From: Chloroflexota bacterium
GTDB lineage: Bacteria > Chloroflexota > Limnocylindria > P2-11E
Length of the DNA: 64,000 bases
Direction: 5' to 3'
Assembly (NCBI GenBank): GCA_038040345.1
Contig: JBBPIQ010000001.1
Location: 257,245-321,244 of the forward strand
Both the position numbers and the translations under genes were made by a program. Under the pieces are notes generated by a model. That model searched no databases and was not told the origin of the DNA. It saw nothing but the letters and a program-made list of their open reading frames with translations. Below, piece by piece: positions 45,239 through 55,746 of this stretch (position 1 is its first letter; every line of letters begins with the position of its first letter).

Positions 45239-45538
45239 CTAGCGGCGTGCGAGCTCGAACACGTCGCCGAGCTCCGTCAGAATTTCGTTCTTCCGGCCGT
45301 CTCGGAGTGCCGTCGGTACGCAGCTCGCAAGATGACCGCGGAGTAGTTCACCCTCAAAACGCTTCAGCGCCCGCTCGACGGCATAGGTCTGCTTGAGCAC
45401 GTCGATGCAGTACGCGTCCTCGTCCACCATGCGCTTGATCGCCTTGACGTGGCCTTCGATGCTCGCGAGGCGCGCCGCGAGCGCGTGCTGCTCTTTCACG
45501 TGGTCTATTGTACCCCTCCCCAGGGGGGAGGGGGCCAC
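45239..45538 (-). CDS. csoR: CsoR/RcnR family copper-sensing transcriptional repressor
   Basis: Conserved …C(44)…H…C… ligand pattern (DAYCIDVLKQ…RGHLASC). GTG start. Confidence 0.85.
   Translation of the reverse strand: MAPSPLGRGTIDHVKEQHALAARLASIEGHVKAIKRMVDEDAYCIDVLKQTYAVERALKRFEGELLRGHLASCVPTALRDGRKNEILTELGDVFELARR
45513..45533. promoter_or_regulatory. Perfect 9-3-9 GC palindrome CCCCTCCCC-agg-GGGGAGGGG, preceded by GTA, overlapping csoR codons 2-8; candidate CsoR operator
   Basis: Read directly. Resembles the G/C-rich CsoR operator class (TACCCC…GGGGTA). Confidence 0.4.
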
Positions 45539-45539
45539 C

Positions 45540-45776
45540 CTAAATACCTGCCCCGCAGGACGGGCAGCGGCCCGCGCGCTCCGACGCCGACGCGCCGCAG
45601 TGGCGGCACATCAATACGCCGGTCGCGTCGGTGTGGACCTCTTTGTGGGACTCGGCGTAGAAGGCCGATTCCCAGCGACGGTGATTGCGCAATTCGTCAC
45701 GCGGGCGTCCGGCGCCCGCGACCAGCCCGAAGCCGAGAAGGCCGACCGCGATGAAAATGAACATCACCGGATCCAT
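45540..45776 (-). CDS. Small membrane protein with C-terminal zinc-ribbon (CRHCG…CPSCG)
   Basis: One TM helix plus a CxxC…CxxC motif. Confidence 0.45.
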   Translation of the reverse strand: MDPVMFIFIAVGLLGFGLVAGAGRPRDELRNHRRWESAFYAESHKEVHTDATGVLMCRHCGASASERAGRCPSCGAGI

Positions 45777-46552
45777 TAGCGGCGCGTCTCCGCCGTCGCG
45801 CGAAGCGAACGCGCGATCGCATGTATGAGTTCGATGTCGCCGAGCGGTCCCAGGTCCTCGATCGTGTAGGTCCGCAGCTTCGCCGCGATGACCGCCGCGA
45901 TCCGCGCGCGCTCGGTCGGCGCGAGCTGCGACTCGCGCGCGACGAACTCGCGGACCAGGCGCTGCGCCTCGCCGGGCATACGTCGCGTCTCCGCTGTCAG
46001 ACCGGCGCCCAATGGCGTGACCGTGCGCAGCGAGAACCAGTCGACCTGCGGCCGCGGAGCGCGGACCACATACGTGCCGGCGGCGAGGTCACCCAGACGC
46101 TGCGACTTCGGGCTGAGGACGATGACGAGGACGCCGAGGCCGTAGAACGCCGGCAGGAAATCGACGAGCCGGAGCAGGTTGCGGATGAGGACCGCGGTGA
46201 ACTGCGCGGGTGAGCCATCCTCGTTGATGACGCGCAACCGGAACGCGCGCTTCCCGATGGTCTGCCCGTTCCAGAGCCACTCGAGCAGGATGAAATACGC
46301 CCAGATCAGGACGAGCGTCCCGATCAGCGTGAGGCCACCGAATAGGAAGAAGCTGGCCTCGCTCAACGCGCCTGCGATCCCGAGCAGCGCGCCTCCGATC
46401 CCGAGCAACACGAAGGCGGTGAAGGCGATCACCAACGCAACAAGGAAATCCACTACCGCCGCGAAGCCACGATTTCCCGCGCCCGCCAGGTCGTAGCGGA
46501 GGACGACGTGATCCGGGGTCTCGACTTCGAGTCGACCGGCAGCAACCGTCAT
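45776..46552 (-). CDS. RDD family membrane protein
   Basis: RDD-like TM architecture. Partner of the SpoIIM-like gene. Confidence 0.7.
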   Translation of the reverse strand: MTVAAGRLEVETPDHVVLRYDLAGAGNRGFAAVVDFLVALVIAFTAFVLLGIGGALLGIAGALSEASFFLFGGLTLIGTLVLIWAYFILLEWLWNGQTIGKRAFRLRVINEDGSPAQFTAVLIRNLLRLVDFLPAFYGLGVLVIVLSPKSQRLGDLAAGTYVVRAPRPQVDWFSLRTVTPLGAGLTAETRRMPGEAQRLVREFVARESQLAPTERARIAAVIAAKLRTYTIEDLGPLGDIELIHAIARSLRATAETRR

Positions 46553-46584
46553 AGGTCAATGCTACGGAGTGATACGTTCCGGCC

Positions 46585-47550
46585 GTGATGACCGTCGACC
46601 GTTTCGTCGAGGACCGCCGCGCGCGGTGGGGGCGCCTGGGCAACCTGATCCTGGAGGCGAACGGGCGGGTAGAGCGCCTCGCTCCCGATGACGTGCTCGA
46701 GCTCGGCCGCCTATACCGGAGCGCCAGCAGCGACCTTGCCGTCGCGCGCCGCGATTTCGCGCTGGACGCGGCGACCGAACGCTTGAACGATCTGGTCGCC
46801 GCGGGCCATGCCCTCGTGTACAGCGAGGCGCCGACGAGCGGCCGCCGCCTTCGGAGATTCGTCCTGCACGAGCTTCCGGCGAGCGTCCGCGCCAACTCCC
46901 GATTCACCGCGGTCTCGTTCGCGGCGTTCGCCATTCCGCTGCTCGCGACGTTCGCGATCGGTCTTCTGCTGCCCGAGATCGCGGCGACCGCGCTGCCGGC
47001 CGAGACCCGCCAGCACCTCGCCGAGCGTCGCCTCTGGACGGACATCCCCGAGGGGTACCGGCCGCTCATGGGCCCGCTCATCATCGTGAACAACGTGCGC
47101 GTTGCGGTCGTCGCATTCGCCGGCGGTCTCACCGGCGGCGCGCTGACGCTGTACCTGCTGGTCGCGAACGGCGCCTTCCTCGGCACCGTGCTCGCGGTGG
47201 TGCAGGGCTACGGCCTCTCGGGCGGGCTCCTCACGTTCACCGCCGCGCACGGCCCTCTCGAGATATCGTGCATCGTCCTCTCCGGCCGCGCCGGCCTCCG
47301 TCTCGCGTGGGCGCTCCTCCGGCCGGGCGACCGCAGCCGCCGCGACGCGCTGCGCCTCGCGGGCGCGCAGGCGATCCGGGTGATGCTCCTCGTCGTTCCC
47401 GCGCTCGGGGTCGCCGGGATCATCGAAGCGTTCCTCTCGCCGACCGACGCGCCGATCGCGATGAAGGTCAGCGTGGGCCTCATCGCAAGCGGGATGCTCT
47501 GGGGCTATATCGGGCTCGTCGGTCGCTCCTTTAGAAGAACCGCTTCTTGA
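46585..47550 (+). CDS. Stage II sporulation protein M-like (DUF95) membrane protein
   Basis: DUF95 topology. Confidence 0.7.
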   Translation: MMTVDRFVEDRRARWGRLGNLILEANGRVERLAPDDVLELGRLYRSASSDLAVARRDFALDAATERLNDLVAAGHALVYSEAPTSGRRLRRFVLHELPASVRANSRFTAVSFAAFAIPLLATFAIGLLLPEIAATALPAETRQHLAERRLWTDIPEGYRPLMGPLIIVNNVRVAVVAFAGGLTGGALTLYLLVANGAFLGTVLAVVQGYGLSGGLLTFTAAHGPLEISCIVLSGRAGLRLAWALLRPGDRSRRDALRLAGAQAIRVMLLVVPALGVAGIIEAFLSPTDAPIAMKVSVGLIASGMLWGYIGLVGRSFRRTAS

Positions 47551-48859
47551 GCTCGAGGTAGCGCTGGATCGTCGCGACCGAAAGGCGCTCCGCAGGGACA
47601 TCGATGGAATGGACACCGTGACGCCGCAACACGGCGAGCGCGCGCCGTCGCGCATCGAGGACCTCTGACGCGACCACGCGCTCGTAGAGCTCGCCCGACG
47701 AGCTCGGGTCGCGCGCCGCGGCCTCGGCGAGCAGCGGATCCTGCAGGACGCAGCAGAGCACGAGGTTGTTGCCGGCGAGCTGAGTGACCGCCGCGACGAG
47801 ACCCCGCGAAGCCTCCTCGTCGACGAGGTCGGTGAATACGATCGCGAACGCGCGCCGCGCCGTTTTCTGTCGCAGGAACTCGAACGCGGCGCGGTAATCG
47901 GGCTCGGTCGTGGTCACCTCGAGACGGCGGAGGCTTTCGGTGAGGCGGAGGAACTGCCGGTGTCCGCGGCGCGGCGGATCGTATGCGCGCACCGCGTCGG
48001 CGAATCCGAGGAGGCCGACTTCGTCGCCCTTCGCGATCGCGACGTAGCTGAGCATCAGCGCGGTGTTCACCGCGTGATCGAGTTTGGTCAAACGACCGAG
48101 GGTGCTCGACATCATCCGCCCGGCATCGAGCAGGATGAGCACGCGCTGCTGGCGTTCGGTCTCGTACTCGACGCTCATCGGCCGGCCGCGGCGCGCGGTC
48201 GCGGTCCACGAGATCGAGCGCGGGTCGTCGTCCGGCTGGTACTCGCGCAACCGTTCGAACAAGGAGCCAGCGCCGGGGATGCGCGCGCGGCGCTGACCCG
48301 CGTCATATGCGAGCCCGTGCCGAAGACTCACCTCATAGCGGCGGATCTCCTGGAGATCCGGGTATACGTTCGCGGGCGCGTCCGCGGGCACGCGGCCCTG
48401 TCGCTGCAAAAGGTCGAGCGGGCCGCGCAGACGGACGTGGACGTCGCCGAAGCGGAAGCTGCCGCGGTGTCGCGGCCGGGCCGCGTACGTCGTCTCGGCG
48501 ACAAGACCGGGACCCACGACGAGCTCGGCCATGCGCCGGTCGACGTCGAAGGACGCAGGCACGGTATCGCGCACCGTCGCGCGCAGCGGCAAGGCGAACG
48601 GATTTCGCAGACGCACCGCGACGCGGTTGCCCACGCCGATCGAGAGCTGCGGCTGCGCGACACGCTCGATGGGCACGCTCGATGGCGACGGCGTCGCCCG
48701 GAAGTCGACGATCGCGAGGACGAGCGCCGCCACGAGGACGAGCGCGGCGAGCGTCACGAAAATCGGGCTGATCGTTGCGAGCCCGAGCGGAAGCGCCGCG
48801 ATGAGGACAAGCGCGAGGAGGCGCGGGCGAGGCAGCGGGACCGAGGCGAGACGACTCAG
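47531..48859 (-). CDS. DUF58 domain protein (VWA-like, MoxR partner)
   Basis: C-terminal DUF58 motifs. N-terminal TM helices. Start uncertain (a possible CTG overlapping the MoxR stop). Confidence 0.65.
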   Translation of the reverse strand: MSRLASVPLPRPRLLALVLIAALPLGLATISPIFVTLAALVLVAALVLAIVDFRATPSPSSVPIERVAQPQLSIGVGNRVAVRLRNPFALPLRATVRDTVPASFDVDRRMAELVVGPGLVAETTYAARPRHRGSFRFGDVHVRLRGPLDLLQRQGRVPADAPANVYPDLQEIRRYEVSLRHGLAYDAGQRRARIPGAGSLFERLREYQPDDDPRSISWTATARRGRPMSVEYETERQQRVLILLDAGRMMSSTLGRLTKLDHAVNTALMLSYVAIAKGDEVGLLGFADAVRAYDPPRRGHRQFLRLTESLRRLEVTTTEPDYRAAFEFLRQKTARRAFAIVFTDLVDEEASRGLVAAVTQLAGNNLVLCCVLQDPLLAEAAARDPSSSGELYERVVASEVLDARRRALAVLRRHGVHSIDVPAERLSVATIQRYLELKKRFF

Positions 48860-49794
48860 CGCGGCACGTCGAGACGCGCGAGGACGCGCTTGCACACGGC
48901 GTCCGCGTCCAGACCCTCGATCTCGGCCTCGGCCTTCAGCACGAGGCGATGGCGCAGCGTAGGCGTCGCGAGCGACTTCACGTCGTCGGGCGTGACGAAG
49001 TCGCGGCCATCGATCGCGGCGGCGGCCTTGGCCGCGCGCAGGAGATGCACCGCCGCGCGCGGGCTCGCGCCCAGGATGAGATCGGGCGAGCGTCGCGACT
49101 CGGCCGCGATGCGGACGACGTAGTCGAGGACAGAGTCCTCGACCGTCACGCTCTCGACCTCGGCACGGCATTCCTCGAGCGTGCCGTGCGCGAACGGCTC
49201 GACCTCGCCGATCCTCGCGGACGGCTGTCCGCGGTCGTGCGCTCGCAAGATGGCGCGCTCGTCGTCGGCGCTGGGATAGCGGACGATCGCCTTGAAGACG
49301 AAGCGGTCGAGCTCGGCCTCGGGAAGCGGATACGTGCCCTCGTACTCGACCGGGTTCTGCGTCGCTAGGACAAGGAACGGGTCGGGCAGCGCCAGCGAGT
49401 CTCCTTCGAGGGTCACCTGCCGCTCCTCCATCGCCTCGAGGAGCGCGCTCTGCGTCTTCGCGGGCGCGCGGTTGATCTCGTCGGCGAGAACGACGTTCGC
49501 GAAGACCGGGCCGGTCCGCGTGCGGAACGAGCTCGTCGAGATCTCGTAGACGGTCGTGCCCACGACGTCGCTCGGCATGAGGTCGGGAGTGAACTGGATG
49601 CGCTTGAACGTTCCGCCGATGAGGCGCGCCACGGTTCGGGCGAGAAGCGTTTTCGCGGTACCGGGTACGCCTTCGATGAGAAGGTGGCCGCGAAGGAGCA
49701 GCGCGATGAACGAGAGGTTGACGGTCTCGTCCTGGCCCACGACCACGCGATGAATCTCGATCGCGTAGCGGGCTGCGATCTCTTTGGTGCTCAC
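48856..49794 (-). CDS. moxR: MoxR family AAA+ ATPase
   Basis: Walker A GVPGTAKT and Walker B LADEINRA. Confidence 0.9.
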   Translation of the reverse strand: MSTKEIAARYAIEIHRVVVGQDETVNLSFIALLLRGHLLIEGVPGTAKTLLARTVARLIGGTFKRIQFTPDLMPSDVVGTTVYEISTSSFRTRTGPVFANVVLADEINRAPAKTQSALLEAMEERQVTLEGDSLALPDPFLVLATQNPVEYEGTYPLPEAELDRFVFKAIVRYPSADDERAILRAHDRGQPSARIGEVEPFAHGTLEECRAEVESVTVEDSVLDYVVRIAAESRRSPDLILGASPRAAVHLLRAAKAAAAIDGRDFVTPDDVKSLATPTLRHRLVLKAEAEIEGLDADAVCKRVLARLDVPR

Positions 49795-50948
49795 GCCGTT
49801 CCTCCTGTTTTGCCCCCGGTACCGATTACGAGGCCGATCTCGTGGACGGTACGAAGGAGCGCGTCGTCACGCAATGGCCGCGCGAGGGCCTCGTCGAGCG
49901 TGCGCACGTGTGCGGCGCGCTCGCGGTCGGTCGTCGCGATCTCGGCGACGACGTCGCCGATGGATGTTTCCGGATCGAGCCCGCGCTCCTTCGCGAGCGC
50001 GGTCCGGAGCTCGCGCCGGAACCTGCGGCGCGCGATCTCGCCGTGACCGGATCGTCTGACCAGACCCGCGAAGCCGCGGATGTACTCGAGGCTCGAGCGC
50101 GGCGGACGCGGGTCCAACGGTATCGATGGCCCGAGCCGGCGGCCGCTCGCGACGAGGTAGAGGAAGAACGCCACGCCCGCGAACACGAGCGCCCGGCCCG
50201 GCCAGGTCCGCGTGAGCAGCACGAGCACGTCCGTCGTCGGATGGACGCCGTGGTGGTACTCGTCGAAGGCGACCGCGCGGCGGCTCGCGATCGCGGGCGC
50301 CGCCAGCGCGAGAGCGAAGCGCCCGTTGTCCGACTCGCCGAGCTCCGCCGTCAGGAACGGCGCGACGGCGCCGACCACGATGAGCGACCCCGACCCCTCG
50401 CGGGCGAGGGCCACGATCGGACGCCCGAACGTCGATACGAGCGGAACGCGCCCCGCGCCGAACGAAAGGGTGACACCGCGATCGAGCGCGATCGCGTGCG
50501 CCGGCGGATCGGCGAAGGCGATGCCGCCGACCGGATACTGGCCCGGACCGAGCGCGCCGGCAATGTGGACGTCGAACGCGTCCAACAGCGGGCGCTCGAA
50601 AACGCCCGCATCGGTTGCGAGGACTGCCGTGCCGCCCCCGGTAACGAACCGGCGGACCGCGACCACGTCGAGCGGGGTGAACGCTTCGCTCGGCCCGAGC
50701 ATGAAGAGCACGCCGACCTCCGAGGGATCGGCCGCGAACGTGTCGCCCTGTACGGTCGTGGTCGACGCGCCCATCGCGTCGAGGTACTTGCGGAGCGCCG
50801 CCGTCCCGCCCGGTCCGGCGTCGTAGACGGACGCGGACCGCGAGACGCCGCCCGAGGTGTCCGCGGTGAGCGCGCTCGCGACGAGCGCGGCGATGAAAAG
50901 AAGGAGCGCGAGGTAGTAGAGCGGGTGGACGCGCCGCAGCTGTTTCAC
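49791..50948 (-). CDS. DUF4350 domain protein
   Basis: N-terminal TM helix. GTG start with a GTGA overlap onto the upstream stop. ATGA overlap with moxR. Confidence 0.6.
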   Translation of the reverse strand: MKQLRRVHPLYYLALLLFIAALVASALTADTSGGVSRSASVYDAGPGGTAALRKYLDAMGASTTTVQGDTFAADPSEVGVLFMLGPSEAFTPLDVVAVRRFVTGGGTAVLATDAGVFERPLLDAFDVHIAGALGPGQYPVGGIAFADPPAHAIALDRGVTLSFGAGRVPLVSTFGRPIVALAREGSGSLIVVGAVAPFLTAELGESDNGRFALALAAPAIASRRAVAFDEYHHGVHPTTDVLVLLTRTWPGRALVFAGVAFFLYLVASGRRLGPSIPLDPRPPRSSLEYIRGFAGLVRRSGHGEIARRRFRRELRTALAKERGLDPETSIGDVVAEIATTDRERAAHVRTLDEALARPLRDDALLRTVHEIGLVIGTGGKTGGTA

Positions 50949-51868
50949 CCGGCGACTCGGGTTGCGAGCGATCGTGCCCGCTCGGCCTCGGCCGCGTCTG
51001 GCTCGCGCAGACCGAACCACGCGCGCTCGTAGAGCGCGACGAGATCGCGGAGCGCGTCGGCATTCGGGATGGCCGCGGCGCGGAGGAGCAGCTCGTGATC
51101 GGTGAGCGCGGGATCGTAGCGAATGAGCTCGCGCGCCGCGAGCGACTTGAGCACGAACAGGTAGAGCTCGTGGATGGCCTCGCGGGCATGCCCGCCCGCG
51201 AGCGCGGCCTCGGCGGCGCGTCGGTGCGCGGCGGGGTCCAGAGCAGGCGCGAGCGCGCGGTCCGGCAATAGCACCTCGCGGCGAACGCGCTCGCGGACTC
51301 CGCGCCCAAGCGTCGCGATGATGAAGAGCACCAGACCGATCCCCAGAGCAGCGACGATCCAGGGAATGAAGCTCAGATCGGGGATCCCACGGAGGCCGCT
51401 GAAGAACGCGGCGAGGCGTGACGAGATCCAGTCCAGAAGGGCGGCGACCCCCGAGACCGAGGTTCCCGCGCTGTCGGCATTCCCAAGCACCTCACGGAGG
51501 CGGGCGTCGGCGGTCGCGGGATCGATGCCCCTGTCGACCGCGCGATCGGCGGTGGTGATGTACGCATCGAGTATGGCCAGGGCGCTGTTCGCGCCGTTCG
51601 ATCCCGCGAGGACATCGGCGATCGGCCCGTCGTCGACGGGCACGGTCTCGCCATGGCTTTGTATCGCGGTGGTCTGCCGGAGAAGCGCCGCCGCCTGCGC
51701 GAGCATGCGCTCGCGATCGGCGGTCCCGCTGGCGCGCGATCGGTCCACGAGAGCGCGGACCTGCAGAAGCCGCGCGCGGTACGCATCGAGCGCGAGCGTG
51801 TCGGCGTCAACAACGCTGGACGGGACGGTTATCCAGAGAACGAGGCCCAGAACGAGGGCGCGCCTCAG
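50945..51868 (-). CDS. DUF4129 domain membrane protein
   Basis: C-terminal DUF4129-like region. Start uncertain. Confidence 0.5.
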   Translation of the reverse strand: MRRALVLGLVLWITVPSSVVDADTLALDAYRARLLQVRALVDRSRASGTADRERMLAQAAALLRQTTAIQSHGETVPVDDGPIADVLAGSNGANSALAILDAYITTADRAVDRGIDPATADARLREVLGNADSAGTSVSGVAALLDWISSRLAAFFSGLRGIPDLSFIPWIVAALGIGLVLFIIATLGRGVRERVRREVLLPDRALAPALDPAAHRRAAEAALAGGHAREAIHELYLFVLKSLAARELIRYDPALTDHELLLRAAAIPNADALRDLVALYERAWFGLREPDAAEAERARSLATRVAG

Positions 51869-52755
51869 GACTGCGGCAAGGCCTCCGCGGCGAGCTGGAG
51901 GTCGAACGCCTCTTTGCGGACTCGTAGGTCGTAGTAGAGCACGGTGAAGGCGATCCACTCGACCGGAGCCCAGACGATCGTCGAGGCGAGGTTGACGAGG
52001 GTCGAGACCACGTTGGTAAGGCCGAGCTGGCCGGGCGTGCCGCTCTGGCCCCCAAACGCCGCGAGCCCGCCGAAGAGGCCACCGATGAGCAGCGACAGGA
52101 CAAGGTTGAGGATGAACAAGAGGACCTGGATGCCGAAGATCCGCCAGCGATTGCCGCCGGAAAGCCGCCACGCGCGGCCGAGCGCGGAGATCGGCCCCAT
52201 CTTCTCGACGACGACGATCACCGGCGCGACGAGCCAGGAGCAGCCGAGGTACGCGGTCGCGACGATCGCGGCAGGGACCGCGAGAACAAACGCGAGACCC
52301 TGGTTGGTGAGGGCGGCGAGGATGAGCAGCACGGCCCATACACCAAGGATCGCGAGGAAAACGAGAACGCCGGCGAGGAAGAGCCGCCCGGACGCGGACA
52401 GGCCGGCCCGGAACGACTCGCCGATGGCCACGTCCTTCGCGAGATAGCGCCGCGATGCCACGTGCACGAGGGACGCGCTCTGCGCCGAGAACGCGAGGAT
52501 CGCGACGATCACGACGACGATGACGAAGCCGATGATGCCGACCGCGGCGCCGGCGATCTGCTCGGGGCTCGGAGTCGTGGCCTGTCTCGAGAACGCCGCG
52601 AGGGCGCCCGCGAAGATCGCCACTGCGAGCACGATGAACACCAGGAAGAGGACGAGGTACCAGATCGCTGCGAGGCCCATGAAGACGAGCGGCTTCGACC
52701 GGTAGACCGTGAACGTCCGGTCAAGGACGTCTCCGACACCGAGAGGACGCAGCAT
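51865..52755 (-). CDS. Polytopic membrane protein of the MoxR cluster
   Basis: Six or more TM helices. Start assumed at MLRPLGVGD. Confidence 0.5.
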   Translation of the reverse strand: MLRPLGVGDVLDRTFTVYRSKPLVFMGLAAIWYLVLFLVFIVLAVAIFAGALAAFSRQATTPSPEQIAGAAVGIIGFVIVVVIVAILAFSAQSASLVHVASRRYLAKDVAIGESFRAGLSASGRLFLAGVLVFLAILGVWAVLLILAALTNQGLAFVLAVPAAIVATAYLGCSWLVAPVIVVVEKMGPISALGRAWRLSGGNRWRIFGIQVLLFILNLVLSLLIGGLFGGLAAFGGQSGTPGQLGLTNVVSTLVNLASTIVWAPVEWIAFTVLYYDLRVRKEAFDLQLAAEALPQS

Positions 52756-52816
52756 GGGTACCTGCGCCGCTTGCACGAGCGCCCATCCTACCGACGCGCT
52801 CCAAATGGCTTGGGTG

Positions 52817-55051
52817 CTAGGCCGCTGACTCCGAGAGGCCGATTCGTCGCTGGAGCCGCGCAAGCGGCCCCGGCGCCCACCAGTTGAGATCGCCGAGGAG
52901 ACGCATCGTCGCGGGCACGACGAGGGCACGCACGAGCGTCGCGTCGATGGCCACGGCGAGTGCCATTCCGAGCCCGATCGCCTTTATGAGCACGATGTCC
53001 GCGAGTGCAAACGCGGCGAAGACACCGACCATGATCGCCGCCGCGCCGGTGATGAGGCGACCGCTCTTCTCGAGGCCCATCGCGACGGCACTCGTGTTGT
53101 CGTGCGTCTTCAAATATTCCTCCTGCATCCGCGAGAGCAGGAGCACCTCGTAGTCCATCGAGAGCCCGAAGACGGTGCAGAACATGATCACCGGCAGTGT
53201 CGGGTCGATCGAACCGGGTGTGAATCCGAGTTGCGCCGCGAGGTGGCCGTCCTGGAAGATCCACACAATCGCGCCGAACGACGCGGAGATCGAGAGCAGG
53301 TTCATGACGACCGCCTTGAGCGGGAGGATCACCGACCCGAGAAGGAAGAACAGCACGAGCATCGTCGCGGCCACGATGTAGGCGAGCGCGGCGGGCGTGT
53401 GGCTCGCGATGAAGTCGACGGTGTCGAGGTCGATCGCCGTGAATCCGGTGACCGCGATCGCGGCATCGGGCGGGGCGGGGAGCGTGCGGATCGAGCGGAC
53501 GAGCTGCCGTGACTCGTCGCTGTAGATGCCCTTTTGTGTGACCACGTCGAACACGACGATGTGCTCTCCGACCGTGCCGCGGACGAGTGCCTGGAGCTGT
53601 GGTGGGAGCTGCGACCGGAGCGACGAATAAATCACGGCGTATTCCGCGGGGCCGAGGCGTGGATCGACGGTCACTGGGCTCGTAATCGTGTCGACATTCG
53701 GGAGCGCGGCGATGTTCTTGGCTAGATCGACCAGGCCGGGAACGTGTTCCGATAAAAGCGGGTCGCCGCTCGTGTACTCGACCACAACGCTGATGTGCGT
53801 CTGGTTACCGCCGGGGAATTCGTCGACGAGTCGGTCGAACGCGGCGCGCGACTCCTCGTGCTTGGGCAGCGCCGTCACGTCGTTGTTCGCGAGACGGAGG
53901 TGAAGGAACGGTGAACCCAGGACGAGGATGACCGCGACGACCGGGACCAGGACGAGGAGCGGCCGACGCATGACCGTCGTGGCGATGGTGTGCCACCAAC
54001 CGGTCCCGGCCGAATCCGGCTGCAGGAACGGAACGCGACCGCGCCCGAGATTGCGCCCGATGATCGCCAGCAGTGCCGGTAAGAACGTCAGGCCGTAGAA
54101 GACCGCGCTCGCGACGACGATCGCACCGGAAATACCCATCGATGAGAGGAACGTCCCCTGAAAGAAGAGCATCCCGGAGAGGCCGATCGCCACCGTCAGC
54201 CCTGAGAACGTGATCGCGCGTCCGGATGTCGCCATCGCGATCGCGAGCGCGTTGTTGCCGCTGTGACCTCGCCGCATCTCCTCGCGGAACCGATTCGTGA
54301 TGAAGAGCGAGTAGTCGATCGCGACACCGAGGCCGATGAGCGTGACGACGTTCAGCGCGTAAACCGACACGTCGGTGACGTGCGCGACCAGGAACATGCC
54401 GGCGATACCGCCGACGACCGCGAGCACGCCGACGCCGAGCGGTACGAGTGCCGCGACGATGGACCCGAACACGACGAGAAGGAGGACCAGCGCGAGCGGC
54501 AATGAGACGGTCTCGGCCCGGCGCAGGTCCGCCTGGAGGACCTCGTTGAATCCGTTGTTGATCGCGAGGAGCCCGGTGGCCTGGATGGTCAGGGTGTCGG
54601 ACCGCACCAGGGCGCGCAGCTCCGGGTAGTAATCGCGAGCCGTCGCGAGGTCGTCCTTCGCGGCAACGTCGACGGCGACCGCGTGTCCGTCCTTCGAGAT
54701 GAGCCGGGTGGGGTCGAGAGCCGTGCCGTCGAACGGTGTGACGATCGAGGCCTTGCGCGGGTCGCTACGGAGTGGCGTGAGCGCCGCGTCGAGCGCCTTC
54801 TGGAACTCGGGGCTGGTCGCGGTCAACGTGTCGCTCGAAAAGATGAGCGTGAAGGTCGCGGCGCCGGCGCGCGGGAGCTCTCGCTCGATGAGCCGCGAAG
54901 CGCGCCCGGACTCGGAGGTCTCGATGAAACCGCCGGATTGCAGCTTGCCGCCCTGAATGACGATGAAGATCGAGGCAAGGAGGAGAACGCCCGAGACCGC
55001 GAGGACCGGCCAGCGCCGCCGGTACACGAACCGCCCCCAGGCCGCGAACAT
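52817..55051 (-). CDS. MMPL family (RND superfamily) transporter
   Basis: Two 6-TM bundles and two periplasmic domains. Start at MFAAWGRFVYRRRWPV. Confidence 0.8.
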   Translation of the reverse strand: MFAAWGRFVYRRRWPVLAVSGVLLLASIFIVIQGGKLQSGGFIETSESGRASRLIERELPRAGAATFTLIFSSDTLTATSPEFQKALDAALTPLRSDPRKASIVTPFDGTALDPTRLISKDGHAVAVDVAAKDDLATARDYYPELRALVRSDTLTIQATGLLAINNGFNEVLQADLRRAETVSLPLALVLLLVVFGSIVAALVPLGVGVLAVVGGIAGMFLVAHVTDVSVYALNVVTLIGLGVAIDYSLFITNRFREEMRRGHSGNNALAIAMATSGRAITFSGLTVAIGLSGMLFFQGTFLSSMGISGAIVVASAVFYGLTFLPALLAIIGRNLGRGRVPFLQPDSAGTGWWHTIATTVMRRPLLVLVPVVAVILVLGSPFLHLRLANNDVTALPKHEESRAAFDRLVDEFPGGNQTHISVVVEYTSGDPLLSEHVPGLVDLAKNIAALPNVDTITSPVTVDPRLGPAEYAVIYSSLRSQLPPQLQALVRGTVGEHIVVFDVVTQKGIYSDESRQLVRSIRTLPAPPDAAIAVTGFTAIDLDTVDFIASHTPAALAYIVAATMLVLFFLLGSVILPLKAVVMNLLSISASFGAIVWIFQDGHLAAQLGFTPGSIDPTLPVIMFCTVFGLSMDYEVLLLSRMQEEYLKTHDNTSAVAMGLEKSGRLITGAAAIMVGVFAAFALADIVLIKAIGLGMALAVAIDATLVRALVVPATMRLLGDLNWWAPGPLARLQRRIGLSESAA

Positions 55052-55131
55052 GGACTCCCACCCCTTCAGAACTTCGCCGCCTAAGCCTACGTGGCCGGGG
55101 GGCGCTCTTTTTTTCGCAGCCGCGACAAGGT

Positions 55132-55746
55132 CTAGACCGCGGCGAGCTCGCTCATCAGATGGTCGAAAAGCTCGAGGCCCGACCGCCTTGCGCGCTTGCC
55201 TTTCGCGATCAGGTCCGGCGTGATGCCGGCGGCCGGAAGATCGAAGACGACGCGGCCCGGCTCGAGCCGATCGATCGCCGAATACCAGCGAAGCAGCGAA
55301 TCGCGCAACAGGACGTGGCGCTCGAAGTTGCGCCGGGTGCGCGACGGGTCCGTCTCGCGTCGCGCGCGGAGTGTCCCATCGTCGATGTTTGACACGAGAA
55401 ACAGGTCGGCAAGGGCGTAGCGCTCGGACGCGAAGGCATCGCGCGCTACGTCGCGCTGCGTCGTCCACTCGACCTCGCTGACCTGTCCGGTCCGAAAGAG
55501 CGTCCAGACAAAATGGAGCTTGAACGGGTCGGTGTCGACGACGACGAGTCCGTCGCGAGCCTCCCGCGCGAGAACTTCTTGCCACCGTGCGACGTTTCGC
55601 TCGACCCAGAACCGCGCGGCGGCCTCAGGTTCGGTCGGCACGGTGGAGTGATCCGGCAGCGCTTCGAGGAGCGCGTTCGCGCCCGCGTGCGTTCGGCACC
55701 ACGTGGTCTTGCCGGCTCCGCTCGGACCCTCGACGACGACGATCAC
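55132..55746 (-). CDS. P-loop NTPase / nucleotide-kinase-like protein
   Basis: Walker A VVEGPSGAGKTT. GTGA overlap with the MFS stop. Confidence 0.55.
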   Translation of the reverse strand: MIVVVEGPSGAGKTTWCRTHAGANALLEALPDHSTVPTEPEAAARFWVERNVARWQEVLAREARDGLVVVDTDPFKLHFVWTLFRTGQVSEVEWTTQRDVARDAFASERYALADLFLVSNIDDGTLRARRETDPSRTRRNFERHVLLRDSLLRWYSAIDRLEPGRVVFDLPAAGITPDLIAKGKRARRSGLELFDHLMSELAAV

